Shown: positions 1 to 14,800, counted from the first letter of the stretch. The stretch: DNA of 64,000 bases from Adineta vaga (GCA_021613535.1 CP075495.1:14632001-14696000); one strand, 5' to 3'. Numbers and translations are program-made. Notes: generated from the letters alone by a model not told the origin.

Positions 1-607
1 TAGGATGACGACAAAAGAACAGATAATTATCATCTGATTTCCTTATCAATAAAGAGAAAAAAATGTAGTATAAACCAGGTGTACGTATAACACAAATGAT
101 TAATAAATTATTTTATGCAATAAAAATTCAATGATTCCGAACTAATGTTCTCTTTCATCGATATATTCAAGCATTTTCTGATTTTCTTTTCTTTTGACAT
201 GTTTCTATGGAAACATATCAATAGAATGAGCTCAAGTTTGAGGTAGTAGGTTTGTTAGTTTGATCTATATTGAAATTAACTAATCAACCTCTATTACTTC
301 ATACAATGACTTTGATATATGAGAGAATCTCTGATACGAATTTGTACAGTAAGTAATAAAATCCGATCTATTTAACAAATAGTTTCTACCATTAATCGTT
401 GAAATATGATGATTAAAATTTCTTTATTAATTCCTGGTTTGTTCTTTTTTATGTATTTATTTTCAATTAGCAAGCAATTCAACATTTGTTTGTTAATGAT
501 TTCTTGACTTTCTCTACGACAACAATAACAATGTGAATAAATACTGAGAAGAAACTCAAAATAACACAGTTCATTTATTATTTTCTGCATATTCAATACT
601 CTACATT

Positions 608-1007
608 ATGGATTCATCGAATGATACAGGGCTACCATTAAAGATCTTTAGTATTATATCTTTATCATTAGGTTTCTGTTGTCTATTACTTTGCTGTGCT
701 GGATATATAGTAGCCAAGAAAAAATATAAACAACAACATCAAATTCATCTTTCTAATCATCATCATCATCATCTTTCTCCAGCACAGGTCCCCATTTTTT
801 CAATCGATATGGCAAATACACCAACATCCAATACTGATCATTGTTTCGATACACCTCCACCACCCTATGAACTCAAAGAAGAATCATTATCAAGTAAAGT
901 CTTTTGAAATTTTCACTTCGAAAGCTAAATCTCAGATTCCTTTGTTTATACTAGTTCCACAACATGAATCAATTGTTCAGCTATCTCCTACTGAACAAAT
1001 CCCATGA
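608..1007 (+). CDS. Small single-pass membrane protein with Cys-rich TM segment, His tract and PPPPY (WW-binding) motif; 2 exons
   Basis: ORF 608-907 has hydrophobic IFSIISLSLGFCCLLLCCAGYIVA then KKKYK and TPPPPY; a GT-AG intron ~893-954 joins an in-frame last exon PQHESIVQLSPTEQIP* ending at 1007. Confidence 0.55.
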
Positions 1008-1434
1008 CGACCTACATAAACTCTTCAATTATTATAATCCTCTAATTTTTATTTTTGTTTTTGAAATAAGCAATGATTAATGAATAAATAGTGAATCAGC
1101 TATAATCGCTCTGACAAAGCAACAAGAGTCATACAGAAGAAAGATACAGAGAGAACCTGCTCTCAGAAAAAGAAAAACAACATACCAAAAAAAAAGCTAA
1201 CACAAAACAATAATCAAGGTCGCTGTACAGCATATTCAAATCATGGAGCAAAACACAAGAAAAAAACAAATCAACTTATCATTCAAAGAAAAAAACACAA
1301 AGCAACAAAAAGCAAAGCAAAGCAAAAAGTTTACATACAACATTGATTCAGAAGTGTGAAAATAGAGAAAAAAATGAAAACAAACAAACAAACAAGCTTT
1401 GACTATTTCTAAATACTTTTAATTATATCTGACT

Positions 1435-2478
1435 TTAGGAAATTGACCGACCACAATGAGGACATTGCTTACAGCAGTTCTTACCATTACTTTGAATAAA
1501 AAAAAAAGAAAAATTAGTTCAAGAAAACAAAGAATATTTCTTACCTGATTGATTCACTTGTTGTCGATCGCCAATGATTATTTTTTGTATTTTCATTATC
1601 ATTTGACCGTTCAATACGTGGTGGTGGAAGTAACGGTGGAAAAAGCATAGATAATGGACTAGATGATAGAGGTGGAGAAGCATTGACCCATCCATTGGAT
1701 TGTGGTTCAGGAGATAAACGCCATGTATTTGATGATGAAGGTGGTGTCAATGGCATCCACAATGGTGCATCGGGTGATAGAGATGATGAAGTTGCTGATA
1801 TAGGCATTGGACGATTGGTTGAAAGAGCTAAAGGAAATAATTGACTAGATCGGAGAGAGTTCATTTGCAACTAAATAGTTTACATCGAAAAGCTGTCCGA
1901 GCTGGTGTTTGTGGTGGTGTTGTAGTTGTTGAAATCGATGATGTTGGATGATTCTTGGCGACGGCCAAAGAGACCTTTGTGTTTTGTCAAATATAAACGA
2001 ATATTCAAAAGTGATATTTGAATGACCTACTGTGATTTTTCGTCCGTCAGCTATGGTACCATTTTTAACTTGCATGGCACGTTCACCATCACGTCGCCGA
2101 AGAAATGTTAAAAATCCGAAACCTTTCGATCCTTGTGCATTTGAAACGACTTCAACATCATCGACAGGACCGAAAATCTATCGAACAGAAAATACAAACT
2201 TCAGCAAAATAATTAACCCAATCTTTTCTCCCCATTTACATCAAATTGTTCTCGTAAATGTTTATCCGTCCAACTAAATGGAATATTTCCAACATGAATA
2301 CGTAATGAACCATCGTCTACAATTGATATTTGACGAGTTATAGATATATGATTATCTTCATTGAATACAATTGAACCAGAATTGAATTGATGATGATGAT
2401 GATGATGATGATGAGCGAACTAAGAAGAAAAAAAATTGGGTATTTTTCTTAATTCTATTTTAATAAACTGACCTGCAT
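1435..2478 (-). CDS. RBFOX/Fox-1-like RRM RNA-binding protein, multi-exon
   Basis: Spliced translation MQFAHHHH...LRIHVGNIPFSWTDKHLREQFD-IFGPVDDVEVVSNAQGSKGFGFLTF...KNGTIADGRKITV matches Fox-1 RRM landmarks (RLHVSNIPF, GSKGFGFVTF, GRKIEV); Pro/Ser-rich C-terminal part, last exon ends CCKQCPHCGRSIS*. Confidence 0.75.
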
Positions 2479-2952
2479 AATTGATTTGAAAAGATTCAAA
2501 GATCACGATGATGAAAATCTTAGTGATGGACTAAATAATCTAAAAAAGACATAACGAAATATCGGAATTTTTTTAATCGATTTCAATACGATATAAAAGT
2601 AGGTCTATGTCTACAGACTCGCATCATGTAGACGACGTGTTACTCGTATATTTAGAATCATTCTCTTTCTTTTTCTATATATATTTTTCTTTTTCTTTTT
2701 TTCTTCTGTCTCCATGTGCATACAGACATAAAACGCACATGTTGACGAAGAATATTGTTGCTTTGTATGAAAGAATCAACAAATTACAACTATACACTAC
2801 TAGTCGATTTTTGAATTTCTATACAAAGAACAGATTGAAAATTTTTCTCTTTGTCTGTCTATTGACCCATCCAGGCCTCGTCTTTTTCGTTTGTCATGAA
2901 GAATCGTTATATATATATATAAATATAAATTGTATTTCTAGATCGGTACATC

Positions 2953-4443
2953 ATGTCGTGGATTTGGAATGAGAAAACAAATTTTATTCTTTTACATTCT
3001 ATTATTCTTCATCAACAACAATCAACAATCAATTGGTCATCGATTGTTCAAGATATTCAGTTAGAAATCTTATCAACTCCACAATTATTAAAAGTTCAAT
3101 ACGAATTTTTACTGGAAAATTTTCATTCAAAAGAAGATTCGTAAGTTTTCTTATGAAAATACGAATCATTAAATAGTGTTTGTCAGATCTAGAACATCTC
3201 TTTATATTGCAATCAAACAGATCTATTTACATTCATTATGTCAAAAAGTTGAAGATGGTTTACAAACAACAATAGAAATTGTTTATGAATTCATTCGACA
3301 TGTACGTTCTAAACGACTTCATATTCAAGATATTGAACAATTAATGAAAGAATGGAATTTTAAGTAAGAGATACAAATATTTTGTCAAAAAAAAAGAAAA
3401 CCTTTTCTCTTCAGCTCCTCATCAGATAAAGAACAGAAAAACAAAGAACGTCTTTTTAAAATATTAAATCGTCTTCGTGATTATATGCAAACATTACCTA
3501 ATAATGATCATCAATCGAAACTAGTACGAGACATACCATAATTATTTTTCATAATTTCATTTGTTTCTATTTCAAATTTAGATAATACATTCTAATACAA
3601 ATGAATCAATATCTGTAGAGAAAATCATTCAAAATGAACAGTTGGAAACAGTATCCGATAGCAATGATGAACCTTTAATTGAACATAAACGAAACGATGT
3701 ATTGCATTTACCTAATAGAGAAGTATGTTGAATCTGATTTGAATAAATAAATAATTATTTTGTTTATTAGAAATCATTGTTCACTCGTCGTCGTACTCGA
3801 TCATTGACAATAATGGCTGAAAATCAAGATGATAAAGTAAATATTGGTGTCGAATGGTTTGTTCCAAAATTTAAACGTCAACAAAGATCATCATCTTTAC
3901 ATGCTCAATGTTCATCAATACCTTCGATATCATCTTCAACATTACCAAAACAACATTTGGAATCGAATGGAACACGTAAAATTCGTTCATATTCTTTGTT
4001 CATCTTCTATTTTATTTAAATAGTTCTCACTACTATTGATAATGATGACTCGTCCGATTCAACTAACAATTCAAATGTTCGTCGTACACATACTCAACCA
4101 TCGGTATCTTGGTTACCATTAACAAATGAACAGGTTAATATGATCCAATATTTTGGTTTTTTAATTCGAATTATATTTTAATAGATCGCTGAAAAAGAAT
4201 GTCAGCAAACGAACTTAAAATTACTCGATGATCAACAATTAGTAAAATTAATTTTTTTCTTCATCGATATCGAAAAATTTCAATTGAATATTTTAGGATG
4301 ATGTATCATCGACAGATTCGGATTCAATTGAAGTTCAATGGTCTTCATCAAGAAAAACTAAGATATCTTCATCATCAATTTCTCATTCAACTGATGAACA
4401 TCATCAGGATAATAATTCATGTAAACGACAACGACTTACTTGA
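2953..4443 (+). CDS. Multi-exon protein of unknown function; N-terminus weakly SANT/BRD8-N-like
   Basis: Chain of short ORFs separated by ~50-60 bp GT-AG introns; W-x-E...L...I...NW pattern at the N-terminus; ends KRQRLT*. Confidence 0.5.
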
Positions 4444-4709
4444 CAAATCGAATCTAAGAAAATACTTTTGTACATAAACATATATTCTTTCTAAAATGAC
4501 ACTTCATTCAAATTCAGTATATTATGTAGAATTAATAATTACTCGTGTTTAATTTCATACGTCAATTCTCTTCTTTTTTTTAATGGAAATTAATCTCTGA
4601 TGAATTGAATAAAAATTAGATTGATTTCTGTTTGAGAAGTTCTTCTATCATCCGTTCGCGTTGTTGATACCTAGTTACTTAAAATTATCTTTGTTTAATC
4701 GATAGAAGA

Positions 4710-5854
4710 ATGAAAATATTACGATCAAGAGTCAACTTTTTTTCTTACCGCCACAATGTAAATTTGAGTGAAGAAAAAGCGCTCCCTATCCATTTTTTCC
4801 AAGTGTATCTTCAGTTTGATTGGTTTTACCTGCAACTAACGGTATTATTATTGTAACTGTTGATAGACGTTACTACATTATATTTTTTACGAAAATAACT
4901 TGCTTAGAATCATGCAAATATGCATCGTATCGTATGTGCTGTGAATGAATCACTCTACTATCAAATACTCTGTAAAGGTTTACTTCAATCTCTACTCAAA
5001 TATTGTTCAATACCTTGTAAATTGACTGTGCTTCTTGATGGTGATCATATTCAACCTTTGGATGATCTACGTAAATATATTGAAATTGTACGTGTTAAAC
5101 CTCTCGATCTTATTTGTGGATGTGTACCATCTCGAACAACATTTGCTCGATTAGAAATACCTTATATTTTTTCGAATGAAAAACGAATTCTATATTTGGA
5201 TGTTGATACATATGTTATGAATGATATTAAGGAACTTTTTACTATGCAATTTAAAACACTAGCAGCCGTTGTCCCTGGTGATGTCTTAATGATCAAAGAA
5301 TTGATAAAACGAGAATTTAAATCAAACTTATCGAAATTAGAGTATGAATTGGATGGTATTACTTATTCTTGTGGTTTGGAAGATCATCGATATTTCAACG
5401 CAGGTATGTGATTCCTATAAATTTCATTAATAAAAAGCTGTGAAAAAAAGGCTTGCCATATTTTTCTTTAGGTGTTATGCTAATTGATCCATATAAATGG
5501 CGTAAACTTCGCGTCAAACAACATGTGGAAGCTCTGACACTTGCTCATCCATCGGCCATGTATACAAGTGATGAGATGGCATTAAATCTCATCTTTCGTG
5601 GACATTTGACTGATCTTCGAGCTTGTTATAATACGTTTAATTTCACAGAAATATTTCTGAACGAAACAGCACGTATTTGGCATTTTAATACTTGTAAACC
5701 AATTCTTCACATGCCATTAAGTCAGTGTCAAACATGGTTATCTTTATTTAAGACTAACGATCAAATACTTCTCAAGAAATTAGAAAATATTGCAAAAATA
5801 TCGGGAAATACCACTTTATTAGAAATGAAAAGCGAAGATTATCATAGAATATGA
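4710..5854 (+). CDS. Glycosyltransferase family 8 (RfaJ/LgtC-like), intron-containing
   Basis: Motifs FARLEIP, RILYLDVD (DxD), YFNAG|VMLID (split by intron ~5404-5471), DEMALN, IWHFN; two small upstream in-frame exons from ATG 4710 (alternative start 4920). Confidence 0.85.
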
Positions 5855-6008
5855 TGTTTTTGCAATCATTTTTATTACTTTCCATTTCAGATTCCTTGAA
5901 AGTTTCCACTCATTCTCTTCCTCTGCATAATCTATTGAAAAAAACTAACAAGTCTTTTTGCACAGTACCTTGATAAAACTGGACATTAATCATAACGAAT
6001 CGAATCGA

Positions 6009-6864
6009 ATGGAACAACAAAAAATAATTGAATGTTTAACTGAATTTTTTCAGAGAAATCCGCAACGTATTCAAGGTGCAATTCTCATCGGATCATTTGG
6101 ACGAGGAGAAGGTTCAGCATTATCTGACATTGATATTGAATTACTTGTCATTGAAGATAAACTAAATATTGATGAATTTACTTCCGATATTAAAGAATTA
6201 TTTAATCAAACAGATAAATCTTTAGTAATAAAACATACTATTTGGTTAGCAAATGTTCGAAAACTTGCTCTTTATCATGGAACACAACTTCTTCTAACAG
6301 AACTATATCTCTATAGTAAGTAAACATTTTTGAATTGTAATTCTAACTTTTTATTTAATCCAATTCATAGCTGAATTATCACAATTTGATAAATATTTTC
6401 TCAGTTCTCAAATAACTGATTTAACTAAATGTATTTTGGTTGATCAACAAAATCGAATTCGTCCATATCTTCAAAAGATTCTTACTCTATCTTGTCATAA
6501 TCGACAAGATTTAATTCATGAATTAATCTGTAGTATTCAATTCAAATTAGAATCAACTTCAACAGCTAAACGACGTTCTGATTCATATAAATTTTATTTC
6601 CTATTTAATATAACTTTACATGAACTTGTTCGATTAGCTCATGTCTTAGATGGTAAAATGGAATATAATTACAATCCGCCTCAATCGAAAGTTGATCCCG
6701 GTTTGGCATCGTCAATGGATTTAACTAAAAGTGATATATCGATGAAAAATCTTATCGATTTTTTTCTTCACCAACTCGATCGAATGGATAATAATGATAC
6801 AGTTTCGAAAGAAAAAGCTCGTAATTTTTGTAATGATTTAATGAAACGAGATTTTATATCATAA
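6009..6864 (+). CDS. Pol-beta superfamily nucleotidyltransferase with helical C-terminal domain, bacterial-like
   Basis: hGSxxRG...SDxD signature (ILIGSFGRGEGSALSDIDIEL); one phase-1 intron 6316-6370 joins ORFs 5958-6323 and 6436-6864 in frame. Confidence 0.8.
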
Positions 6865-7490
6865 AATATTTCTTAAATAAAATCATTCGACATTTTGTGA
6901 ATCCTGAGAAGTACACGTCGATACCCGATTGTTTTCTATTTCTATTATTTTAGCTACGAACGATAAAACAATTACGTTGTCAATATTTTTATTTAATAAA
7001 TCGATAGAGAAAAGGTGTTTTAAGTAATCCAAAAAGAATATTAAAACCGGAGGCTACAAATCAAATCATTAAGGTACTTTCTATTTAAAATAAAAGTCCC
7101 ACGCGTCTAGTCTCTCATTGAATAGAAGTACTTTAGCAATGCTCATTTAGTAGCTAGAGAATTATTTTTCTTCTCGTTCTTTCTCTCTTTTCATTCATCG
7201 ATATGCTGACGTCGATGACCAACTTTTTTCTCTTCTTATTTTCAACTAACAATTGAGTTATTTTCTCTCGGCCTTGTTTCTTTTTTATTACTTCTAAAAT
7301 AATCTATGAGAGAACGTACAGAATAATGAAAGAAAAATAACTCTCTTTAGGTTATGTAGACATAAAAAGAAAAAGATTCATCTTTAGTCAACTTCTTTCT
7401 TCTTTTTCAATGCATGTCAATTTACTATTCATGCTTTTTTTTAGTATTTATTGATAAATATTAAGAAGAAAGAAAACGAGTTTTTGTCTT

Positions 7491-8458
7491 ATGGGTAACA
7501 AAGTCGTTATCAAAGGTGGAACATCCAAAGAATTAACAAGTGAAGGTTTGAATTTTTAAATAAATTTTCTACATAGACTTATTTCATTGGAAAGAATAAT
7601 TGTATATAGATCTTGCGGTACTGAAAAAAAGTTCAAAACTTAGTGAAGATGGTGAGAAACACTAAGATAAGAACTTTTGATGAATTGTTTTTTCTTCTTC
7701 GTATAGAAATCAAAGATTTGCATAAAGTATATCATGAATAGAATTGGAAGAAATTTGAAAATATTTTCCTTTCAAGGCTTTTTGGAATGATTTTTCGTCT
7801 GGAAGAATGGATAAAAAAGGATTTGTTAAATATTATCAAGAAATAAAAGATGAAGCAGATACAACTGGTGTTTTATGCGAGTATATTGATTTCTTTAAAA
7901 GGAAATTTGAAAGATTTAGTTTTTATATTTAGCCATGTTTTTGCTGTATTCGATCAAAATCATGATGGTACCATTGATTTTCATGAATTCTTATTAGCTG
8001 TTGCAGCAGGCACACCAGGAGATTTGGATAGTCATCTAGATTATGTCTTTGAAATGTAAGACAATCGAAGATAATTATAATTCAGATTTTGATGTTTTGT
8101 ACTCATTCAGGTGTGATGTTTCAGGTGATGGACATTTAGATGCTAAAGAATTAGCTAATTTTCTATCAGCTTCGGTAAAAGTTACATATTTCATTCAATA
8201 GAAACATCATTGTCAATGTATCTTTAGTTAACTATTGTTGGTAAAACTGATCAAAAAGGTGAATTTGAACCGAAAAAATTAGCTGGTGATGTTTTTAAAA
8301 CACTTGGCATTGCTGAAGATAAGAAATTAACTAAAGAACAATTTATCAATGGGTAAAATTTTTCTATTTAAATCAATAATAGAACATATATATTTGCTTT
8401 TCTATTTAGATGTAAACAATCTCCTAATCTTCGAACATTGTTCGGTGGTGGAAATTAA
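7491..8458 (+). CDS. Neuronal calcium sensor/recoverin-like EF-hand protein
   Basis: MGNK N-terminus (possible myristoylation); EF loops FDQNHDGTIDFHEF and DVSGDGHLDAKE; ~9 short exons. Confidence 0.8.
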
Positions 8459-8543
8459 ATTCTATTGACATTTGTAAAACATTATTTTTTAACGAAATTT
8501 AGTTGATTTACAATTCTTTTTATATTGTAATAGAAAGCATTTA

Positions 8544-8706
8544 CAGTAAAATCTCTCATAGTGGATGCCCCTATATAGTACACAGTTTTAAAAGTCTCAG
8601 GTATTAGTTTTTGCTAGAAATTTTTCGGTGTAACGAAAACATATTTACTACGTATATAAAAGAGTTGTGTTAGAAAATACCTAACCTCTTTAGAGAGATT
8701 TCACTG
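8544..8706. mobile_element. Tc1/mariner(pogo)-type MITE, 163 bp
   Basis: TIR CAGTAAAATCTCTC ... GAGAGATTTCACTG (13/14 match), flanked by TA on both sides (8542-8543, 8707-8708). Confidence 0.75.
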
Positions 8707-10412
8707 TATATTTTATATTATTACAATTTATTAGAGAGAAATTTCAAGTACTTAAGTAAAGTTTTAACTATATTGAAGAGGTTATGTGTAGGAGAAATGG
8801 GAAAGTTATTAAGAGTGAAGTATCAAAAGAACAAACAGCTAGAAATTTATTTCGCATGATGAATTTATATTTGCGTCATACTGTGCTGACGACTGTTATT
8901 GTTTGTTTATAATAACAGACAGAAACGGCAAATCTAATCATACTAGTGCAAAAGAAAACTATGACAAGTTAACAAAATAACAATGTATTAATAAACATAT
9001 ATTTCTTGAAACTGTTTCTATAATTAATACTAATGATCATCTAGACTTTCTTCTCTTATTCTTATGATCTGAATTCTTCTTTATCGAATGTAATGTACAT
9101 TGGAGTAAGCTGAAAATTAGAACGAACTTCTACGTCTTATTACCAAAATTTGTTTATTGAATTATATTTAAGTTTTCAATCTCTGTTTGATAAATCTTTT
9201 ATACTAATTTCATTCATATCGATTGAAAAGATTAAAAATGTCATTCAACTATAAACATAATCGTTCGATTATCAATATTATAACTTTATATACAACATTA
9301 GTTACTTGATTTATAATTCAAGTTATTTCGAATCTCTAATTCGATAATGTCAATTTGCAAGTAATAATAAATTAATGTTTGTTTAATCAAAATGTTCAAC
9401 ACAAAAATCACTTCATACACTGAAATTATCATCAGATAGACAAACGTGAATAACAGGGACATTTATAATTCAAGCTTCTAAATCAATACTAATTTCAAGT
9501 ATTATCCTTGATACATATGTGCATCAGTACGGTCTACTGATCAATATAGTTACATATACAGAAGTATTATTCTTTACATTTGATAAAATATCAATATCAA
9601 CGAATTAAATATATATCGTTTTGTTCTCAATATTACTTGCATGTAATTGTTAAATGAGTAATAGAACAATATCTTCTTTCGATGCTATAATTATGCATTT
9701 TTATGTATGAGATTTTCAGAAAGATGAATGAATATAGTTGATAAATGTTGAGTGCATAATTAAGACCATGATAATAACAGGTAGTCATCTTAGAGTAGTA
9801 ATTAAGAAATGAAATTTTTCACATATGAATTCAATGAAATAAACCGTTTTGCAGGTTATCCGATACAGAGAAAGTAGTCAGAAACGATCGTTTATTTTCC
9901 TATTCAGTTACAATTAGAAGCGAAAGAAGATCAATAAATCTTCTGATGTCAATTCATTCCATGTAATTGTATCGATTATTCTATTTTCATACGATAAGAA
10001 ACGAATTTGATTGAAAAATCGACCTCCTATGTTAAATCGAATGACACAGAAAAATAGTGTAAAGTTTTCGTTGATCTATCAATCATATTGCAATGACGTC
10101 TGATGCTCTTTATAGTCAAAATATATATTATTCAACATTGTCAATAAGTAAAATGTTAAATTCGCGTCTTCGGTTTAGACAAATAGTGATTAAAGTTTTT
10201 TTTTTCTTATTAAAAATTAATAAAACTCTATTTTATATTGAAGAAATGTAACAGATGGAAGAATTATTGCATCTTTATAGAGGTCTTTTCTGATTGGTCG
10301 ATTTCATTCAAGCACTATGGTAGGTGGTTCTGTCTCAAATATCATACACATCATCAGCTAATATATTTTTTCTACTAGTAACATTTTGTGTTTATTTTTA
10401 TTTAAAAAAAAT

Positions 10413-11714
10413 ATGTCAGTTCATGAAGGTGTTAGCTGTGATGCTTGTAGTAAAAATAATTTTCGATTTAAACGTTTTAAATGCTTAATTTGCTTTGATT
10501 ATGATCTATGTTCAACATGTTATGAACAAGGAAATACATCAAGTCAACATACAGCAGAACATCCAATGCAATGTAAAAACTATCGATTTAATATGAAATT
10601 AATTTGATTATCTTTTCGTTTCTTAGGCATTTTAACACGACAAGATTTTGATTTATATTATCATGGTGAAGCATGTTCAGGAGAATTTTCTCAATCATTA
10701 ACATGTCCATTATGTGGTGAAATGGGTTTAGCATTTCCATATATTCAGGACGCAACAACCATTGAGCATAATTTACAGAATTCAGATTTATTTCAACATC
10801 TTCAAATAAAACATGCCGAAAATCAACAAACACAAGAAGTTATTTGTCCGATATGTGCTTCAATGATAAATGGTGATTCAAATTATATTACTGGAGATCT
10901 TCTCTCTCATATAGCTAATGATCATCAACATTCACAAGTGACTACACCATCATCAGCTGGTGTAGGAGCGACAAATTTTCTCCGACAATCATTACCAAGT
11001 CGAGATTATGATTTTGGTCTTGGTATACGTAATGGTTTTCGACGTGGATCATCACGAATCTTACGTGGACGTACAGGATTAGGAGGACGAGGTGGAAATT
11101 CTTTTAGTCCACATTTTCTTATTGATACTTTTTCAGGATCATCAACATCTACGACGAATGCAAATGATCCAATCTGTGATCTTCTATCACAATTATCTAA
11201 TGTCAGACGATTAACAAGTTCGAATAATAATGGAACAAGTACAAATACTTCATTATCATCAACATTGAATACAATTAATCTTCAAAGCATAACTCGACAA
11301 CAATATGATCGCGAACGTGAACGTCTCCGAGCAGCAAGTCGTTTACATCATTCCGTTCAACAACCGACGTCGAACAGAATACTATCTGCTGATGAGGATA
11401 TTTTTGATTCATTTTTTTCATCGACCTTAAACGATCAAACATGGACACACGTGATTGCTCCATCACAACCAACAAATGAACAGCAATCACAACCTTCTCT
11501 CCTATCAAAACTTCCTCCACCACCACCTCCTCCTTCTTCCACGACTACTGATCCTGATCCATCATTATTACATCGTTTACTTAATGAATCTTCTTCTTCT
11601 TCTTCTTCTTCTTCTTTAAAATTAACTCAATCATTAAAGACAAAAAATGATTTTGTACAAAACTTACTTTTATCGAGTTTTATTAATCCGACTAATAATC
11701 AATATACTGAATAA
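10413..11714 (+). CDS. KCMF1: KCMF1-like E3 ubiquitin ligase (ZZ zinc finger + Di19-type C2H2)
   Basis: MSVHEGVSCDACSKNNFRFKRFKCLICFDYDLCSTCYE, HPMQC|ILT (intron ~10573-10626), CPLC...H...H, VICPICA, DPICDLLSQL, FVQNLLLSS. Confidence 0.9.
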
Positions 11715-11892
11715 TTTTTCTTCTTTTTTTTTCATTCCCATTTCATTTTTATTTTAGTTTATTATTTTTTCAGATGTGACATTTCGTTTTCTAGTTTCGT
11801 TAAAAACAAACAGAACAACTCATTTCTTATTCAAATCAAAAATATATTTGTGAATTTCTTTTTATCGACGAGAATAATTCTTACATTTTGAA

Positions 11893-14800
11893 ATGATTAC
11901 CGTCCGTTATTTCCTTCTTATTTTTCTTCTTGTTATCAATTCTATTTATTCCATGACTGTTCCGAATAAAGAAGAACTCTTTACAATCAATGTTACAATG
12001 AAAGACTATCAAACAACAAAGGTTTGTAACGATTCAAATCAACTATACGTATATTCCATTGTTATTTATTCATCTAGGAAGATCAGTATGTTTATACTCA
12101 ATATCAATTACCTGATCAAGAACTAACAATTGGTTAGAAATATTCGATATTTTTGTTAATGAAGAAGATTTCGTTTTTTTTTCTTCTTCTTTAGTTGGAT
12201 ATTCACCATTGGTTGATATGAATTCTGCTCATCATATGCTTACATATGCATGTGAAAAACCAGGTTCTAAAAAGCAATTTTGGTGAGTGTTTTTTCGAAA
12301 ATCAAAAAATCATTATAAGTGATTCTATTGATATAGGACTGGAGGTGCAACATGTGACGGTGAACAAATGATTATTCATGGATGGGCACGAAATGCGCCG
12401 GCAATGAAATTGCCTGAAGGTTTTTCTACACTGAATGATAATTGATGTGAAGAAGAAAATTTTATATTTAGATGTTGGTTTTGCTGTTGGCCGTAATACT
12501 CCATATAAATATATCGTAGTGAATATTCATTATTTTTCGAAAATAAACAATGATAATTCAGGAAATCAATTAATTATGAGTCGAACACCGTATGTTATTG
12601 ATTACGAGAAAGAATAATCGTAAAATAAAGATTGATTTTAGACGTAAATATCTTGCAGGTGTAATGTTAAGTGGAACGAGTGATATTTATCTAAGACCAA
12701 AATCAGAAAGTAAGTAGAGAAAAAGAGAAGATAATCTAGCTTTGAATCTCTATTTTAGCAATTCGAACACCTTTTTCATGCCAATTCGAAGGACCATCGA
12801 TATCAATCTTTGCTGTACGTGTTCATGCTCATCAATGGGGTAAGAACATACTTTTAGATCATGAAAATAATTCGAAATTTATCGAATAGGACGCGTGAAT
12901 TCTTTGTATCGAGTACGTAATGGTGAAATTTCTCAAATTGCGAAAGGTGATCCTCAATGGCCTCAATCATTTTATCCACTTTCGTCACCTGTTAATATTG
13001 AAAATGGTGATTTAATTGTTGGACAATGTGTTTATGATAATAATGAAGATCGTGTTGTTCAAGTTGGGTAAGCTATCTCTTCCAAAAGAAATATTCAATC
13101 ATTATCTGTGCTATTTGCTTAGATCAACACATAATGATGAAATGTGTAATGTATATGCAATGTATTCATATAAACCATCACGAAAATCATCAGATTCATT
13201 ACCAACTCAAATGTGCTGGGGAAATCAATTTAGTAAAGCGACAAGGTAAATGATTTTTTTTTATAAATATTTGATTTATAAACGAAAATATGGTTTATCT
13301 TGTAGTCTTATACCTATGGATAGTGTTGTTCCTCCTTTCAAACCAACTGAAATGGGTGAAATAAAGAATAGTCATCATGCTCATTCTGAACATGCGATGA
13401 TTTCATCTCAAGGTAATTGTGATATCATATTTGTTTTTCGTTTTTTTTCGAACTCGACTCGACAGGAACAGGAAAAGATTTCTCGAATGACGATGATAAT
13501 GATGATGATGATCAATCGTATGAAGATTATATTGATGAAGTAGAAAATATGCGTCATCGTGATAGAACAGGGGACAATATTGATACACGTAAAGTTTTAT
13601 CACATCTTGGTTTACCCGATTATGAATATGTTGATGCACAAAATTATGATTATTTATTACCGAATCATTTAACTTATGGAAAAGATCAAACTGTAAAATT
13701 ACATAATGGAAAATTAATGAGCTGTGAGAATTGATATTGTCTCGTCTTTTTCTATTCGTTTTCTTTATTGAAAATATTTGCAATAAGAAAATTTTCTCAC
13801 ATTTGTTCTCTTTCTTTCTTTCGTTTTAGCTAATTTGTATATAAATGTTGAAAATTGGCCGGATATGAAATCATTACCAACTCAATTGGGTGAAATTGGT
13901 GGTATTGCGTTAAATAATGCTAATAACGAATTGATTGTATTTCATCGTGGATCACGAAAATGGGAATTTAAGTATGATAAGTACTTTTCAAATTGATTTT
14001 CTATTTGTATTTTTTTTTAAATAGATATTTTAATGATTATCGATTTCGTAATGATAGATTCGGTCCAATTGACGAAGATGTTCTTATTCATATTGATACT
14101 CGTACAGGAGAAACAAAATATCGTTGGGGTGCAAAAATGTTTTATATGCCACATGGTTTAACAATCGATCATGAAGGAAATTTTTGGGTTACAGATATTG
14201 CTATGCATCAAGTTTTTATGTTTAAACCAAATGAATTAACACATCCAGCATTGACTGTAGGAGAATTATTTCAACCTGGTTCTGGACCAAGTCAACTCTG
14301 TCGACCAACAGATGTAGCTGTGATGAAAAATGGAGATTTTTTTATTGCCGATGGGTAAGAATACATTGAATACAAGAAGAAAACTTTGATTTGCTTTCTC
14401 GTCTAGATACTGTAACAGTCGAATTATGAAATTCAATCGTAAAGGAGAATATTTAATGGAATGGGGTTCATCAATGAGTGGAAAACGTGATAGTAAGTCT
14501 TTTAGTCTTTATTGTCAATTGTATTTCTAGTTTTTGATATGTTTCGTTTTCTTAGGTGACGGTTTTCCTGTTCCTAATGAATGGAATATTGTTCATTCGA
14601 TTGCATTAAATGAAGATGCACAATTAGTATGTGGTGCTGACCGAGAAAATTTTCGTATTCAATGTTTTAATTCAAATACGGGAGAATTTCAACGACAAAT
14701 ACGTGTTGAACCGAACAGTACTATTGGTGCCATATATGCAATTGAATTTGTACCTAATGCCAATGGTTTGTCTTTTAAATCGGAAATTTAAAAAATGATT

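Noticed and set aside
8720-10050. Possible decayed F-box/LRR-like gene on the minus strand; similar hints at ~33940-34500, ~49870-51200 and ~63355-64000
   Set aside because: No sustained reading frame or diagnostic motif could be reconstructed by eye
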